A stretch of DNA of 63,467 nucleotides, counting the filler, from Octopus bimaculoides (lineage: Eukaryota): the NCBI RefSeq assembly GCF_001194135.2. It is 6 parts of 5 records of this genome, joined end to end, with 100 filler letters (N's around TTAATTAATTAA, not from the genome) between each part and the next. Parts side by side here need not be neighbours in the genome. Positions count along the whole stretch, not along the records: positions 61,241 to 63,467 come from NC_069005.1; 5 more parts are not named here. The stretch is one strand, 5' to 3'. Of the stretch, positions 62,578 to 63,467 are shown one piece after another (positions within the stretch are counted from its first letter, which is position 1; each line of letters begins with the position of its first letter). Below the pieces are notes generated by a model. It saw only the letters and a program-made list of their open reading frames with translations. It did no database searches and was not told where the DNA came from. The position numbers were made by a program, and so were the translations under genes.

Positions 62578-63449
62578 GTTTGTATTTGTTCATATTATGG
62601 CTAACCCAACTGTGTTGTTGTTGTTTGTGTGTGTGTGTGTGTGTCCGTCCATCATTTAGTGTCCATTTTCCATGCTGGCCTGGATTGGACAGTCTGACAG
62701 GATCTGTCCAGCTGGAGATCTTCCCGGGCTCCATGTCTCTGTTTTGGCATGGGCTCTACAGCTGGGTGCCTTTCCTGGGTGCTTTAAGCGGCATTGGCAC
62801 AATTGCTTTTCGCGTAGCACCGGTACAGATGCTTTTCACATGACACCAGCACCCATGAACCTGCAAGATGAGGAACGCTCAGCTGAAGATGGATTTAGGG
62901 GACATGCCTGTTTGCAAGGAGGACCACAACTTCTTTACTCAACTTTGCATGTCTTCTCAAGCACAGCAAACCACCAAAAGTCTTGGTCCCTTGTCATCCT
63001 GTCTGTGATGCCTAACATCTGAAGATCCTTTCTCATCACTTGATCCCAAATAACTAAGTTATTTTACTAAACTCTTTGTTATATTTAAAATTAATTGAAA
63101 AAAGAAAAAAAAACTCAGAGTATCTCAACAGAAATATGGTAACGAAAGGGTTAATGTCCGTTTTCCATGCTGGCATGGGTTGGACAGTTTGACAGGAGCT
63201 GCCCTTCCTAACGCCAAGCTGGATGCCCTTTCTAATGCCAACCACATCACACAGTGTACTGGGTACTTTTTTCATGCCACCAGCTCTTTTTCTTATTGTT
63301 TCCTGGGTCCTTCTATTTTTTCACATTTTAATTTTTTTTCTTTCTTGTGTGCATGTGTGTGGGGGTGAGTTGGGGGTTCTTTTGTTTTTTTGTTTACATT
63401 TTTTTCATACCTTTTTTTTTTTTCTCTCCCTCTCTTTTGTATTTTGTAG

Positions 63450-63467
63450 ATTGGAGCTTCAGTACTG
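63450..63467 (+). CDS. CYB5R3: NADH-cytochrome b5 reductase, start of the last exon (runs off the window)
   Basis: pyrimidine tract + gtag|AT TGG AGC TTC AGT ACT G = (N)WSFSTG, phase-compatible with the previous exon; human equivalent WDYGQG. Confidence 0.8.

Overview
Eukaryotic, AT-rich, repeat-dense genomic DNA, most likely an octopus (inferred from the SINE/LINE repertoire and microsatellite load; species not provable here). The window contains one complete protein-coding gene: kinetochore protein NDC80/HEC1 on the + strand, with 15 coding exons from 3218 to 22540. I checked by hand that all 14 introns are GT-AG and phase-compatible, giving 1842 nt or 613 aa. A probable non-coding first exon ends at 670. 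At the far end are two downstream exons of an NADH-cytochrome b5 reductase (62478-62577, 63450-end) whose upstream exons I could not find. The rest is transposon debris: three or more tRNA-derived SINE families, RTE-type, CR1-type, Tx1/L1-type, R4/Dong-type and Penelope-like retroelements, a mariner with a nested LINE, a hAT end, a hAT MITE, Helitron pieces, two minisatellites and many microsatellites. Five N44-TTAATTAATTAA-N44 linkers show that six separate scaffolds were stitched together, so adjacency across them is not sequence-supported. No prokaryote-type system (CRISPR etc.) is present, and I found no clearly new protein system. The most unusual observations are: (1) the commonest 'SINE-like' repeat appears to be the modular 3' UTR of a PHD-finger-bearing RTE-type LINE that carries a V-SINE-like core; (2) a telomeric (TAACCC)5 patch sits inside a repeat copy; (3) R4/Dong-like elements are repeatedly bounded by (TAA)n; (4) close inverted repeat pairs lie in NDC80 introns; (5) a fold-back Penelope junction has hammerhead-like relics. 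Repeat boundaries are approximate and were read by eye.
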